Source: an uncultured virus (IMG/VR IMGVR_UViG_3300045927_000049) (lineage: Duplodnaviria > Heunggongvirae > Uroviricota > Caudoviricetes). Taken from it: 64,000 nt of DNA. This document shows, in pieces, positions 53,044-62,513 of the stretch (position 1 is the stretch's first letter; every line of letters begins with the position of its first letter). The DNA lies in the IMG/VR virus record IMGVR_UViG_3300045927_000049; one strand, given 5' to 3'. The notes under the pieces are model-generated. The model was not told the origin of the DNA and searched no databases. It saw only the letters and a program-made list of their open reading frames with translations. The position numbers were made by a program, and so were the translations under genes.

Positions 53044-53506
53044 GCACGCCGTCCAGTGCCCGCACGCATGTGCGCAGACACGTTACATCGAAGGGCCACG
53101 GAATATCCAAGAGAACCAGATCGATAAGAGCGATGCGGTACTGCTTGCCCATCGCCTTATCCATTCCCTTAACGATGTAACAGACAGACATCACTGCATT
53201 GGCTTTTCGTGCAGCTATCCGTGACGGATCGCTGTGTGCCACGCCGTTGAAGTCGGGCGACTTCAGCCCGACGAACGTCGCCCGATGCAACTTATGTAGC
53301 AAAGCGACGAGCAGACTGTACTCAACCGCACTGATGGTATCATTCAGCAGCAGCCGGTCGATCTCGCTGTCGTCCAAGACCTTGCCTTGGTATCCATTCG
53401 AAGCCGTGAGTTTGGGTACGACAGTGAACCGTTTCGCCAGTTCAGGCGAACCGTAATCAGTAGCGACGATTGAAGAGGTTTTCTGTTTCGATGAACTCTT
53501 CCCCAT
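52958..53506 (-). CDS. Hypothetical protein downstream of primase-helicase
   Basis: 182-aa ORF, IDRLLLNDTIS. Confidence 0.6.
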   Translation of the reverse strand: MGKSSSKQKTSSIVATDYGSPELAKRFTVVPKLTASNGYQGKVLDDSEIDRLLLNDTISAVEYSLLVALLHKLHRATFVGLKSPDFNGVAHSDPSRIAARKANAVMSVCYIVKGMDKAMGKQYRIALIDLVLLDIPWPFDVTCLRTCVRALDGVLTEPRSQTSVPQISLTPQSPAPAKAVGR

Positions 53507-55304
53507 CACGCGCTTCCCGATAACTGGTTGGCCCATTGGGGGAGTATGGATGAAGGTCATCCATGATGTCTGTCAAGTAGGTATTGGTGGCGGTGTCGTA
53601 GAGGATTTCACACTCACCCTCTTTACCCATCCAGTCGTAGCGGGTCTTCCAGTTGATGAACTTCACCACTCCCGGCTTGTCGGGCACACGATAGACGGTC
53701 AGTCCGAAGTCCGCCTTGGAATACCAAGCTGCCGATCCCGACACATGATAGCCGCGCGGCGGCGGATAGTTGCCGTCCCTGTCCGGCATCAGCTTGGTCG
53801 GATGGGCGATCAGCCACAGATGAATGCCGTGGTACTGCGCCGTCAGGCGCAGCGTCGTCAGCATGTCATCGATCCACTGGGTTTCGTTCACATCCTTGGT
53901 CGGGCGGGCAATGTAATTGTAGGGATCGATCACCGCACCGGAGATGCCCCACCGGAACACTGCTGTCTTGATGCGCTCGACAATGGAAGCCAGTGAAGCC
54001 TTCTGCCCATCGTCCTGCGACAGGAACTTGAAGTGCTCGTTGATGAACGGCAGGCAGTCTTCCAGTTCCCGCTTGCTCATCCGCTCACCCGCCCTATCCG
54101 TCTCAAAGAAATGCTTTTGGGTCAGCATCTCCGCAAGCTTGGCGATATGAACGTGGATGGGGTTCTCAAATGAACAGATGGCGAACGACTGTCCGTGCCG
54201 ACGCGCGAGATTGAGCATGAACTGGTCCACCATCGTGGACTTGCCGTGACCGGGGATGCCGGTGAGGATCGTCAACAGGCCGGGACCACACGAGTAAAGG
54301 TCATCGATGGGTGGCATGCCCGTGAGAATGCGTTCCCCAAGTCCGTCGTCGTATAGCTTGGTCACGTTGCCCGCAAACGCAGAGGCTTCGTACAACCCTT
54401 CAATGGGCCACGGCTCTGCCAGTTCCACACATGTCCTAAGTCTTTCCCCACCATGCTTTAACAGGACATCGTTAGCATCCTTGCAATCGTCCGGAAATGC
54501 AACCCTCCAGCAACGGTGCTTGCCGATGCGGCGGGCCAGTTCCTCTGCAAGTTTGGTGCCGGGTTCGTCTGCGTCACTGGCAATGACGATGCGCTTGGCT
54601 GCATCCATCTTTTCTTTGGCTGACCACAGGAACGCCATCGTCGTCTTGATGTCGGTGCCTTCGTCTCTGGTAAAACTGGATGAGCCATTAGGCACGGAGG
54701 TGGCGTTGGCTACGCCAGCCTCACCGAAGGAGAGCATGTCCATCTCACCTTCGCAGATGATGAAGTCGCTGTTCTTCTCCATGTCCACCAGTTGCAGCCC
54801 GCACAATGAACCCAGCGTGGTGTCACAAGTGTTCGCCTTCTCAGCCATGCAGCGGACCTTGTGCCCCTGCACTCTGCCATTAACGATATACGGGAATGCG
54901 ACAGCCCAATCCTCACGCCTGAGATCGTGGAAGTAGGCGAGTGCATTGACCACCCCGTAGGATGCAGCCGTCTCTTCAGAGATGCCGCGCCCCTTGAGGA
55001 ACTGCTTGGCTATCGGATCAAGGATGGCTTCGATCTTCTTGACGGCACCCTTGGCGACCTTCTTCTCCGTCCACTTGGGTTCAGCGTCACGTTTGTCATT
55101 CGGATCAAGGCGCACCGCACCTTTGGCATCGCAGTGAAAGCACATGTACAGTGCCTTCTCGTGATCGATGGTGACGGAGAGGATGCGTGCTTTCTTGTTG
55201 GTGCGTGTCTCAGAGCAGGCGAAACAGGTTCTCCTGTAGTGCCCGCTGCCCTTGGCTAAAGCCCAAACGCGCACCGCATTCTTCTCGTCGTCCGTGTATT
55301 GCAC
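53457..55304 (-). CDS. Primase-helicase (T7 gp4/Twinkle-like)
   Basis: CFAC..CFHC Zn finger, ICEGEMD and DAD TOPRIM motifs, KDAND, GIPGHGKS, VIDPYN, AHPTK. Confidence 0.93.
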   Translation of the reverse strand: MQYTDDEKNAVRVWALAKGSGHYRRTCFACSETRTNKKARILSVTIDHEKALYMCFHCDAKGAVRLDPNDKRDAEPKWTEKKVAKGAVKKIEAILDPIAKQFLKGRGISEETAASYGVVNALAYFHDLRREDWAVAFPYIVNGRVQGHKVRCMAEKANTCDTTLGSLCGLQLVDMEKNSDFIICEGEMDMLSFGEAGVANATSVPNGSSSFTRDEGTDIKTTMAFLWSAKEKMDAAKRIVIASDADEPGTKLAEELARRIGKHRCWRVAFPDDCKDANDVLLKHGGERLRTCVELAEPWPIEGLYEASAFAGNVTKLYDDGLGERILTGMPPIDDLYSCGPGLLTILTGIPGHGKSTMVDQFMLNLARRHGQSFAICSFENPIHVHIAKLAEMLTQKHFFETDRAGERMSKRELEDCLPFINEHFKFLSQDDGQKASLASIVERIKTAVFRWGISGAVIDPYNYIARPTKDVNETQWIDDMLTTLRLTAQYHGIHLWLIAHPTKLMPDRDGNYPPPRGYHVSGSAAWYSKADFGLTVYRVPDKPGVVKFINWKTRYDWMGKEGECEILYDTATNTYLTDIMDDLHPYSPNGPTSYREARDGEEFIETENLFNRRY

Positions 55305-55596
55305 AGGAAGTTACCCTTAAAAATGAAGAGGGCATCGCCTAATGGGGTGGAAACCAGCGATGCCCATGTGTCAAGGACCGGATGCTCGTCTGGACAAATG
55401 ACACTAGAATAGTCTACTCCCCCGGTCGTTAGCCGACAACCCGAACCCGGTAATTTGTCAAAGAAAAACCCTTCCCGCAGGGTAGGACGGGAAGGGCTCT
55501 GACAAGACTGGCTGCACCAGATGCATGGGGGGGGTAGAGGGGGGCAAGCGGGTGCAGCCACTGCACACCGGAACATAAAGGCAGACAGGTTCTATT

Positions 55597-56082
55597 TCAA
55601 TAGAGGTAACCTATCAGTTCGAACCGGTTCCACGGGACAACGACCAACGGTTCGACAGACCCTTCATCTTTTCGGTCCCGGCGTCCGTCCACCACAATGC
55701 GTGGCCTGTGGATCACGTCCCTGAAGTCAGCCATATGCACGCTGGCGTTCGGGAAACGCACGGCCAAGTAGCTGGAGTAACCCATCTCAATGAACTGCTT
55801 CGCCGCCGTCACCTTGTTCATGGCGATCCAGTAGCCTTCGCCATAGCCGAAGGGGATGCTCCATCGAAACTTCGCTTCGACAAAAACAATGGCATCCCGC
55901 ATCTCTTCGTCATCGAACTCCACCTTGACGAAGGTGTCGGCATCACGGTCCCGGCACAGGACATAATCCAAACTCAGATACCGGGGAAGCTTCTCGAAAT
56001 TGTCGCAATCGAAACAAGGAAGCAACAGATTGGCTATCGCTTCCTCATTCTCACGATCTTCATCCGTTTCGCGAAGCGGCAT
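55597..56082 (-). CDS. PD-(D/E)xK-like nuclease
   Basis: LDY...FVEAK...GRRDRKDEGSVEP. Confidence 0.6.
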   Translation of the reverse strand: MPLRETDEDRENEEAIANLLLPCFDCDNFEKLPRYLSLDYVLCRDRDADTFVKVEFDDEEMRDAIVFVEAKFRWSIPFGYGEGYWIAMNKVTAAKQFIEMGYSSYLAVRFPNASVHMADFRDVIHRPRIVVDGRRDRKDEGSVEPLVVVPWNRFELIGYLY

Positions 56083-56087
56083 CTACC

Positions 56088-56447
56088 CTATCTTTGCAGG
56101 ACTTCCTTGGCTGCAATGCATGCCTGTCTTGCGATGTTCAGATCATCGATGCGGCGGACGATTGTCAACCGCACCTCTTCCGTCTCACTAATGTCACGCT
56201 CCAGACCGGAGATGATGTTGTCCATCTGCTCGTTCATGGTGCGCGTGGCTCTGTCGGTGTCTTCGTTGGTTGCCGCCTCGACTGCCTTAGCCATGCCGGT
56301 CGGGGTCAGTACCGGACGAGCGAGTTCCGGACGGAGGTTCAGTGGCCTCACCTTACTCAAGCCAAGCTGGTCAGGCTTCTTCGGCTCCACCGTCTTCTCC
56401 AAGTTCAGTATCTCCTTGGCCAGTTCGTCTTCATTGATCATGCTCAT
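56088..56447 (-). CDS. Coiled-coil hypothetical protein
   Basis: 119-aa coupled ORF. Confidence 0.65.
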   Translation of the reverse strand: MSMINEDELAKEILNLEKTVEPKKPDQLGLSKVRPLNLRPELARPVLTPTGMAKAVEAATNEDTDRATRTMNEQMDNIISGLERDISETEEVRLTIVRRIDDLNIARQACIAAKEVLQR

Positions 56448-57277
56448 GCCTTCAGTTCCTTTACTGCTTCATCGAACTGCGCAAACAAGGCGGTCATCGC
56501 AGCCACCTTGGTTTCAAAATCATCAAGCTTTTTATCCAACGTTTCCGATAGCTTACCGTATTCCTCTATCTTCAGTTGGACTTCCATGAGACTGGTGTTG
56601 TAGGTCATGGACCGATCCATGATCTCCCGCACCAGACGGTCCACTTCCGCCTTCTCTTTCTCACGGTTGATCTCTGGACCAAAGGTATCCTCACGAATGG
56701 CCGCAACCCATTCCTTCGGAACCCCCAGATCAGTCGCGACCTTCTCATCGTTCCAGTGCCCCCGATAGCCAGTGGTTTCGTCCGCGTATACTTCGTCTAA
56801 CTTATTGTAAATGATACGTTTATCTGCCCTACTCATGGACAGACTGACCGGAGCCTCTGGCATAATCTGTTCCGTGGAAGCATGCAAATTTCCGGTAGAA
56901 ATTTTCATGTCATCGAACGTGACGGGCGGCGGTATCGCCGTATCTGTCCGGATGTCGGTGTGCTTGGTCTTGATGTTCGCACCACCATTGGCCCTCTTAC
57001 CCATGTCTTCACCCCTCCAGTGTTCGGGGCAGCGGTCGGCACGCTGATGTCCACCCACTCCCCATCCCTTATCCCGAAACCACTTCGCGGCAGCGATGGG
57101 ATTGATCGCTCCTCGCCGCGAGTAGATCATCGTGCGGTCGCAATCCCTTGCGCTGCATCGAATGCGGACCCTGTGGAACTGGTCAGTCGGGTCCGCCGCC
57201 GTGACCATCTCAAAGCTTCTGTCATGCCTGCTCTTCTCATGCATCAGCCACTCCTCAACTTGCGGTTCGCATGCCAC
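56444..57277 (-). CDS. Zn-finger/HTH/coiled-coil protein
   Basis: CSARDC...GW...CPEH; WNDEKVATDLGVPKEWVAAIREDTFG. Confidence 0.75.
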   Translation of the reverse strand: MACEPQVEEWLMHEKSRHDRSFEMVTAADPTDQFHRVRIRCSARDCDRTMIYSRRGAINPIAAAKWFRDKGWGVGGHQRADRCPEHWRGEDMGKRANGGANIKTKHTDIRTDTAIPPPVTFDDMKISTGNLHASTEQIMPEAPVSLSMSRADKRIIYNKLDEVYADETTGYRGHWNDEKVATDLGVPKEWVAAIREDTFGPEINREKEKAEVDRLVREIMDRSMTYNTSLMEVQLKIEEYGKLSETLDKKLDDFETKVAAMTALFAQFDEAVKELKA

Positions 57278-57507
57278 TCTTTCATCTTCTGGGATCGCAC
57301 TTGCTTTTGATCGTCCGAGTAGGACGGTCTATGCCTTGTACCCTTGATAGATGGCAAGGGCAAACCCATCCGGATGAGGTACATCCGCACGCTTGATCCC
57401 TCCTTGTATCCGAGTGCCGGAGCCATTTCCTGTAGGCTCATTCCGTCACGCAGCATCTTGCGTGCCCGCACCACCTTGTCATCCACGTACCCGCCCGCGA
57501 TAGCCAT
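57244..57507 (-). CDS. HTH protein
   Basis: GMSLQEMAPALGYKEGSSV. Confidence 0.65.
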   Translation of the reverse strand: MAIAGGYVDDKVVRARKMLRDGMSLQEMAPALGYKEGSSVRMYLIRMGLPLPSIKGTRHRPSYSDDQKQVRSQKMKEWHANRKLRSG

Positions 57508-57701
57508 CAGTCGAGCACCTCCTCAAGCTGCTCTGCAATCTCCCGGCTGATTTCCTCCTTCAGTTCCTCCCGCTCCTGCTCGTCCGCCCACTCTTCGCGC
57601 AGGCAGTTCCAGTAGTCGTCGCCGTCATAGAGGTAGCAAGTCGATGCCGCCTGTGCGTTTGTGACAGAGCACAGCGCAAGCGTGATAAGTAGCAGTCTCA
57701 T
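57507..57701 (-). CDS. Small secreted two-Cys protein
   Basis: Signal peptide ending AQA; AGGAGAAACAAATG start. Confidence 0.65.
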   Translation of the reverse strand: MRLLLITLALCSVTNAQAASTCYLYDGDDYWNCLREEWADEQEREELKEEISREIAEQLEEVLD

Positions 57702-58070
57702 TTGTTTCTCCTTCATCTGTTATGGGGAAGCCTCCTCCCTGTCTGGAAAACCGCCAAGAAAACCAGACAGGGAGAAGGGATGGGCGGGGCAGTCGCTACA
57801 CCTGACGCCCCCGTTCGCAGGGTGACTTGCGTTATTGTCCCGCCCGCTCCGATCCTTCGGTGAGGAGCCATCCCGAACCGATGGACCGGATTGTTCGACG
57901 GTATTCCCGGCCCGGTGATTTATCAACCGGCCCTTTCCGCATCACAGATGAATGAGATAACGATTACCGTTATTTATACGGAAAACCCCAAAGAGCCAGA
58001 TAAGTAATTGATCTTAAAGAATAATGTTTTAGGAGGTAAGTTCTCACCCGTAGGCGTGTGAACTAACCTC

Positions 58071-58253
58071 CTAACTTCCGGACAATTTAGATTTCTGTCT
58101 GGCCAACAACCCAAGGTCTTCCATCATCCGGCCTTCAACCTTGTGCTCGGCACACAACCACACACCCGGCTTGTCCTTGAACACGCCGAAACCAAAGGCA
58201 CCCCATCTTCCGCAGTAACAATTGTGCAGGAACATCTTGCCTACCTCTGCCAT
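58071..58253 (-). CDS. Small Cys/His protein
   Basis: HNCYCGRWGAFGFG...WLCAEH. Confidence 0.65.
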   Translation of the reverse strand: MAEVGKMFLHNCYCGRWGAFGFGVFKDKPGVWLCAEHKVEGRMMEDLGLLARQKSKLSGS

Positions 58254-58627
58254 ACGTCAGGTGCCTTGGCGTCTTTCGAATAATCTGTTTCGATGATCTC
58301 GCCATCTTTGGTGGCGCTCTCAAACACACGCCGTCCAACCATCCACCCGCTATCTTCACCAAGCATGACGCAGATAGCATCATTAGTCAGACGTGGTGTG
58401 GCGCAACATTCGATATCGATCTGCGTCCACTCATCCTGTCCCTTAAGGAACTCGAATGCCGCAGCCTCTGCCTTGTCCAGTGTCGGGAAAAACCTGTCTC
58501 GTTCTCCATCATTAAAGAACCAGATGGTCAACTGGATTGTCAGCGTGACCACCGGTTGTTCAAACAGATTTTTTTGGACGCAGTTATCCCTATAGCCCAC
58601 TCTTTTCCCCTTCCCATATTTTCCCAC
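58241..58627 (-). CDS. Hypothetical protein
   Basis: 128-aa ORF; start uncertain. Confidence 0.55.
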   Translation of the reverse strand: MGKYGKGKRVGYRDNCVQKNLFEQPVVTLTIQLTIWFFNDGERDRFFPTLDKAEAAAFEFLKGQDEWTQIDIECCATPRLTNDAICVMLGEDSGWMVGRRVFESATKDGEIIETDYSKDAKAPDVWQR

Positions 58628-58629
58628 CG

Positions 58630-59030
58630 TGTTTCCTTTTTTTTCGCTTCGCTACCGGTTATCCCTTCCGGCACCCTCTTAAGCCACGACCCCCCCTACC
58701 CCCCAGAGAACAGCGCGAAGTTTCCCGTCGCGCATTCTGGGGTTAAAGGGGGTGATTGCCACGGGGTCGTCTTCCCCTCCGAACGTTTCCAGCGGCACCT
58801 CGTGTGAAGTCCTAAGTTCCACACAGTCGGATGGTTAACCCTGCGCCCACGGATCATGCTGGCTACGAGTTGCACGTAGTCTCCCGTGAATGATCGATTG
58901 CCCAATCGACGGTGACCAACGACGGTCGTTCCCCTCGGTCTTGATCCCAAGGTTCGGTCCCTATAGGCGGGACTGGCTATGCGTATGCGCCGGACGGAGG
59001 GGATTGGACCCTCTACACCGTAGCTTGATT
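58630..59030. other. ~400-nt hairpin-dense non-coding tract
   Basis: Many nested stems and no convincing ORF. Confidence 0.5.
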
Positions 59031-59064
59031 TTTCACCCCTGCACGGAAGGCTGTCAACCGATAG

Positions 59065-59310
59065 TCAGCTTTCTTTCTGGTTGATCTTTTCCCTGAGAAG
59101 GCGACCGTACTTTTTGGCCAGCGAAATCGGCAGGCCAGCCAGCGTGGTCATCTGGTTGCGCATGTCCTCGACATGCACGTTTGCCAAGTAACAGACGGTA
59201 TCGAAGTCAGGGCTGGCCAGCCATGCAAAGACCTCATCCCTCGCCCGTGGGTCACCCTCGTAGATGTCACGGACTGACTGGCCGATCACTCCCCTCCAGA
59301 GACGATACAC
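59065..59310 (-). CDS. Hypothetical protein
   Basis: RLWRGVIGQSVRD...WLASPDFDTVCYLA; start uncertain. Confidence 0.65.
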   Translation of the reverse strand: MYRLWRGVIGQSVRDIYEGDPRARDEVFAWLASPDFDTVCYLANVHVEDMRNQMTTLAGLPISLAKKYGRLLREKINQKES

Positions 59311-59689
59311 GGATGACTGTTCGTGGTCGCTGTGGATCAACCAGCCCGGTGACTGTCTTCTTACGGACCTGTCTATCGTTGACGTAGACACGTCCTTGCA
59401 GGGCGTCGAGGATGAGGCTTTCATCAAGGTCAGGGCGTCGGCTCGTGTAGTAGATTTCGAGTTCGACATGGACATCCCCAAGGAACATGGGATCAAGCGT
59501 CGGACACTGCATGGCGAACGCACTCAGGTAACCCAACGCCTCATCGCTTTTGATGAAACGGACTTTGCCGTTGACGTGTACCAGTTTGCGGGAGTTCGCC
59601 TTGCTATGTGGCTGACCGAGGATCACCTTGGTCCATGGAACCTCACGCCCGAGAAGGTTCTGTTTTTTCCTTGCCTTGACATTCTTCAT
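59267..59689 (-). CDS. rusA: RusA-like Holliday junction resolvase
   Basis: SKANSR, RRPDLD, ILDALQGRVYVNDRQV. Confidence 0.85.
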   Translation of the reverse strand: MKNVKARKKQNLLGREVPWTKVILGQPHSKANSRKLVHVNGKVRFIKSDEALGYLSAFAMQCPTLDPMFLGDVHVELEIYYTSRRPDLDESLILDALQGRVYVNDRQVRKKTVTGLVDPQRPRTVIRVSSLEGSDRPVSP

Positions 59690-59783
59690 GGGTCTGATGC
59701 TATGAACTGTCGTGTTATCAAACCATGAGCCGGGAGAAATATCCACCAGTCCCGGCGATCAAATTTTCCAGCGGGGTAGGGCA

Positions 59784-60704
59784 GTGAAGTACACCAACAA
59801 ATTCAATCTGCCGGACACCATTGTCCGCGCAGCCTATGTCAACAACGACAAGTACAACAAGGGCGACGTGCACCGGTCGGTGACACAACTGATCCAGCCG
59901 CCGCGCATCGACATGCTGCGCAAGGCGCACTTCGTGGATATGGAGAAAGATATTTCGGAGGAGTGGTGGGCGCTGTTCGGCTCCGCTGTCCACCACATTC
60001 TGGAGATGGGGGCTTCCACCCCAACGCTTGTCGAAGAGCGGCTGGCCTGTGAGATCGATGGCTGGAAGGTGTCGGGGATGATCGACCTTCAGGAGATCAC
60101 CATCGATGGTCTGGTCTTGTCCGACTACAAGGTGACCACCGCCTTCGCCCTGATGCAGGAGGAGGTCAAGCCGGAGTGGATCAACCAGTTGAACCTTCTC
60201 GCTTATCTGGTTCACTGCAACAAGCCGGAGTTCAGGATCGCGGCATTGCAGATCGTCGCCATCGTCCGCGACTGGCAGCGCACGCAGGCAGCGATGGATG
60301 CCATGTATCCGGTGGCTCCGGTGGTCAGGTTGAAGGTGCCGCTGTGGTCCGTCAAGCGACAGGAGAATTACCTGCGCGAGCGGGTCAGGCTGCACCGCGA
60401 GACGGAGATGCTGCACGAGATCGGGGTGCCGCTGCCCTACTGCTCCGATGAGGAACGCTGGATGCGCGACAGCAAATGGGCGGTCATCAAGGAAGGGAGT
60501 AAGAAGGCGGCACGGGTGTTCTTCAACGAGGCCGAGGCCAAGGAACATCTCAAGGAAAGGAAGAATGGCTACAAGGTAGAGTTCCGTCCCGGCAAATCGG
60601 TCCGCTGTGACGGGGATTATTGCGGCGTAGCTAAGTGGTGTGAGCAGTGGCGGCACATGAAGGAGCATGACAATGATCAAGCGGAACAGGGTGGTGCCGG
60701 TTGA
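59784..60704 (+). CDS. PD-(D/E)xK (Cas4/RecB-like) exonuclease
   Basis: GSAVHHILE, SGMID, DYKVT, QLNLLAY, C-terminal Cys cluster. Confidence 0.85.
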   Translation: MKYTNKFNLPDTIVRAAYVNNDKYNKGDVHRSVTQLIQPPRIDMLRKAHFVDMEKDISEEWWALFGSAVHHILEMGASTPTLVEERLACEIDGWKVSGMIDLQEITIDGLVLSDYKVTTAFALMQEEVKPEWINQLNLLAYLVHCNKPEFRIAALQIVAIVRDWQRTQAAMDAMYPVAPVVRLKVPLWSVKRQENYLRERVRLHRETEMLHEIGVPLPYCSDEERWMRDSKWAVIKEGSKKAARVFFNEAEAKEHLKERKNGYKVEFRPGKSVRCDGDYCGVAKWCEQWRHMKEHDNDQAEQGGAG

Positions 60705-60885
60705 TAAAAACCGTGCGGTCATTTACGATGAGCGGGACTACGAGGCGACAGGCACAAGCTATCTTTCCCATACGGTCTACCTTTCAGAGGAACCGGCAGC
60801 GGTGGATACCGGACTGCTTGACGCCAGTGGCAACAAGATCATGCGTGATGCAGAAAAACGAACCATCGGGTTCATAAAATTTTAG
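60667..60885 (+). CDS. Small hypothetical protein
   Basis: DTGLLDASGNKIMR...IGF. Confidence 0.6.
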   Translation: MTMIKRNRVVPVDKNRAVIYDERDYEATGTSYLSHTVYLSEEPAAVDTGLLDASGNKIMRDAEKRTIGFIKF

Positions 60886-60893
60886 GAGAAACA

Positions 60894-61616
60894 ATGTCAG
60901 ACGAACAGTTTGTCCAAGCCATGCAGGCACTGCATGAACTTGGAGATCAAGTGGCTGTCCCAATGAAGGGCGGCAAGTCCTACGTCATGGTCAAGGACCG
61001 CATCGAAATCTTCCGCAAGGAATTCGGTGATCGCTTCGGTATCAGGACTGAGGTTGATTACAAGGAAGGCTTCGATCAGGGAGCGCCGGTCGTGGCGTCT
61101 GCCTTCATCCTCAACAGCGAGGGACTTGTGATCGCATCCGGATGGGCTGTCGAGTTCGTCGGCTCGACCAAACTGACCGATGCCTCGCCGGTCGAGGTGG
61201 CTGAGACGAGCGCGATAGGACGCGCCTTGGCCTGCTTCGGCCTGCATGGTGGAGAGTACGCCTCACTGGATGAGATGCAGACCCACCAGAGGAAGGAAGA
61301 ATTCCGCGCGGCACCACGCACTGTGGCCAAGCCAGCCAATGGCAACGGTCCCGACAGACCAGTTGAGCAGAAGCCAATGCCAAGCAGATGGTACGTACCG
61401 ACTGTCGATGACTGGGAAATCCAGCCCGACGAAGCGGCGCAGAATGTCATGGACGAGATCGACCGCATCGATACCACCCATGAACTCGGCAAATACTGGG
61501 GTGAACTCAAGCCGTCGCTTGACACCCTCAAGAAATTTGCGGGAGCGCAGGACATTATCGCAGAGATCAAGGCCACGTTCGCAACGCGGCACAACACAGT
61601 GGGGTCAAGGAAATGA
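60894..61616 (+). CDS. Single-strand annealing protein (Rad52/Erf-like)
   Basis: GKSYVMVKDRIEIFR, EVAETSAIGRALA..G..GGEYASLDEM; next to exonuclease. Confidence 0.75.
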   Translation: MSDEQFVQAMQALHELGDQVAVPMKGGKSYVMVKDRIEIFRKEFGDRFGIRTEVDYKEGFDQGAPVVASAFILNSEGLVIASGWAVEFVGSTKLTDASPVEVAETSAIGRALACFGLHGGEYASLDEMQTHQRKEEFRAAPRTVAKPANGNGPDRPVEQKPMPSRWYVPTVDDWEIQPDEAAQNVMDEIDRIDTTHELGKYWGELKPSLDTLKKFAGAQDIIAEIKATFATRHNTVGSRK

Positions 61617-62164
61617 GTGACTGGGGTAGAGCACGCAGCAATCGTGGCCGTGGAAACTATGACGACAGGGATGATGACAGGCAGCAGCAGAGGTTCCCCA
61701 ACAATGGCGGTCTGTTCCCGGTCAAGGATAAGCGTTCGGACAATTCGCCCGACATGAGCGGCACCATCCTGATTGCCGACGATGTGCTCGACTACATCGT
61801 GCGTGAGGCACAGAACGGCAACGAGGTGCTGATGGAACTGAAGGGCTGGCGGCGCATCTCGCGCAACAACACCAACTACGAGAGCATCGCCATCAACATC
61901 CCGTACAATGTCCGCATGGAAGAGGGCGGCAACCCCACCTACAGGTCACAGCGCGGTGGCGGCAGGCGTTACAGCCAGCCACAGAGACGCAGGGATGATG
62001 ACCGTGGTGATCCGCAGGGCAACCGCTACTCGCAGCAAAGCGGTCGTGGCAGATACGACGAACGCAACCCGCCGCCACGCAGGAATGATGACGACGAGTT
62101 CTCGCGTGGCGACCGGATGCCAGACTTTCTGCGCGACGATGACGATGATGCCCCACCGTTCTGA
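61613..62164 (+). CDS. ssDNA-binding-like protein
   Basis: GGLF..K....PDMSG, disordered tail ending DDDDDAPPF. Confidence 0.7.
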   Translation: MSDWGRARSNRGRGNYDDRDDDRQQQRFPNNGGLFPVKDKRSDNSPDMSGTILIADDVLDYIVREAQNGNEVLMELKGWRRISRNNTNYESIAINIPYNVRMEEGGNPTYRSQRGGGRRYSQPQRRRDDDRGDPQGNRYSQQSGRGRYDERNPPPRRNDDDEFSRGDRMPDFLRDDDDDAPPF

Positions 62165-62513
62165 CCGGGAGTACCGGGTAGTTTACACACGGCGCAAGCG
62201 GAAGGAAGACCCGTTCCGTTTGCGTTCTTTCTCCTATCTCTACTTCATCCGTGGCAAGCCGTGCCTTCAGTGCGGCTCACCCGGTGAGGCCCACCACATC
62301 CAGTACGCACAGCCACGAGCACTGGGACGCAAGACCGGCGATCAGTACGCAGTTCCCTTGTGCCATCCCTGCCACATGAAACTGCACAACGATGGCATAC
62401 CGGAGCGGACGTGGTGGGCCTTGCGTGGAATTGATCCAGTGAAATGGGCAGAGAGAAGCTACGAGGAATGGAGCAAGGAGCATGGCGTACACAACGACGA
62501 CACCGGTTCTTAG
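62148..62513 (+). CDS. DUF968-like HNH/Zn protein
   Basis: PCLQCG...AHH...KTGDQYAVPLCHPCHMKLH. Confidence 0.75.
   Translation: MPHRSDREYRVVYTRRKRKEDPFRLRSFSYLYFIRGKPCLQCGSPGEAHHIQYAQPRALGRKTGDQYAVPLCHPCHMKLHNDGIPERTWWALRGIDPVKWAERSYEEWSKEHGVHNDDTGS

Noticed and set aside
59784..60704. CRISPR-associated Cas4
   Set aside because: Context (annealing protein, SSB-like) indicates a phage recombination exonuclease
59718..60722. 334-aa minus-strand ORF (also 45709-46476 and 38006-38821)
   Set aside because: Mirror frames of well-supported plus-strand genes
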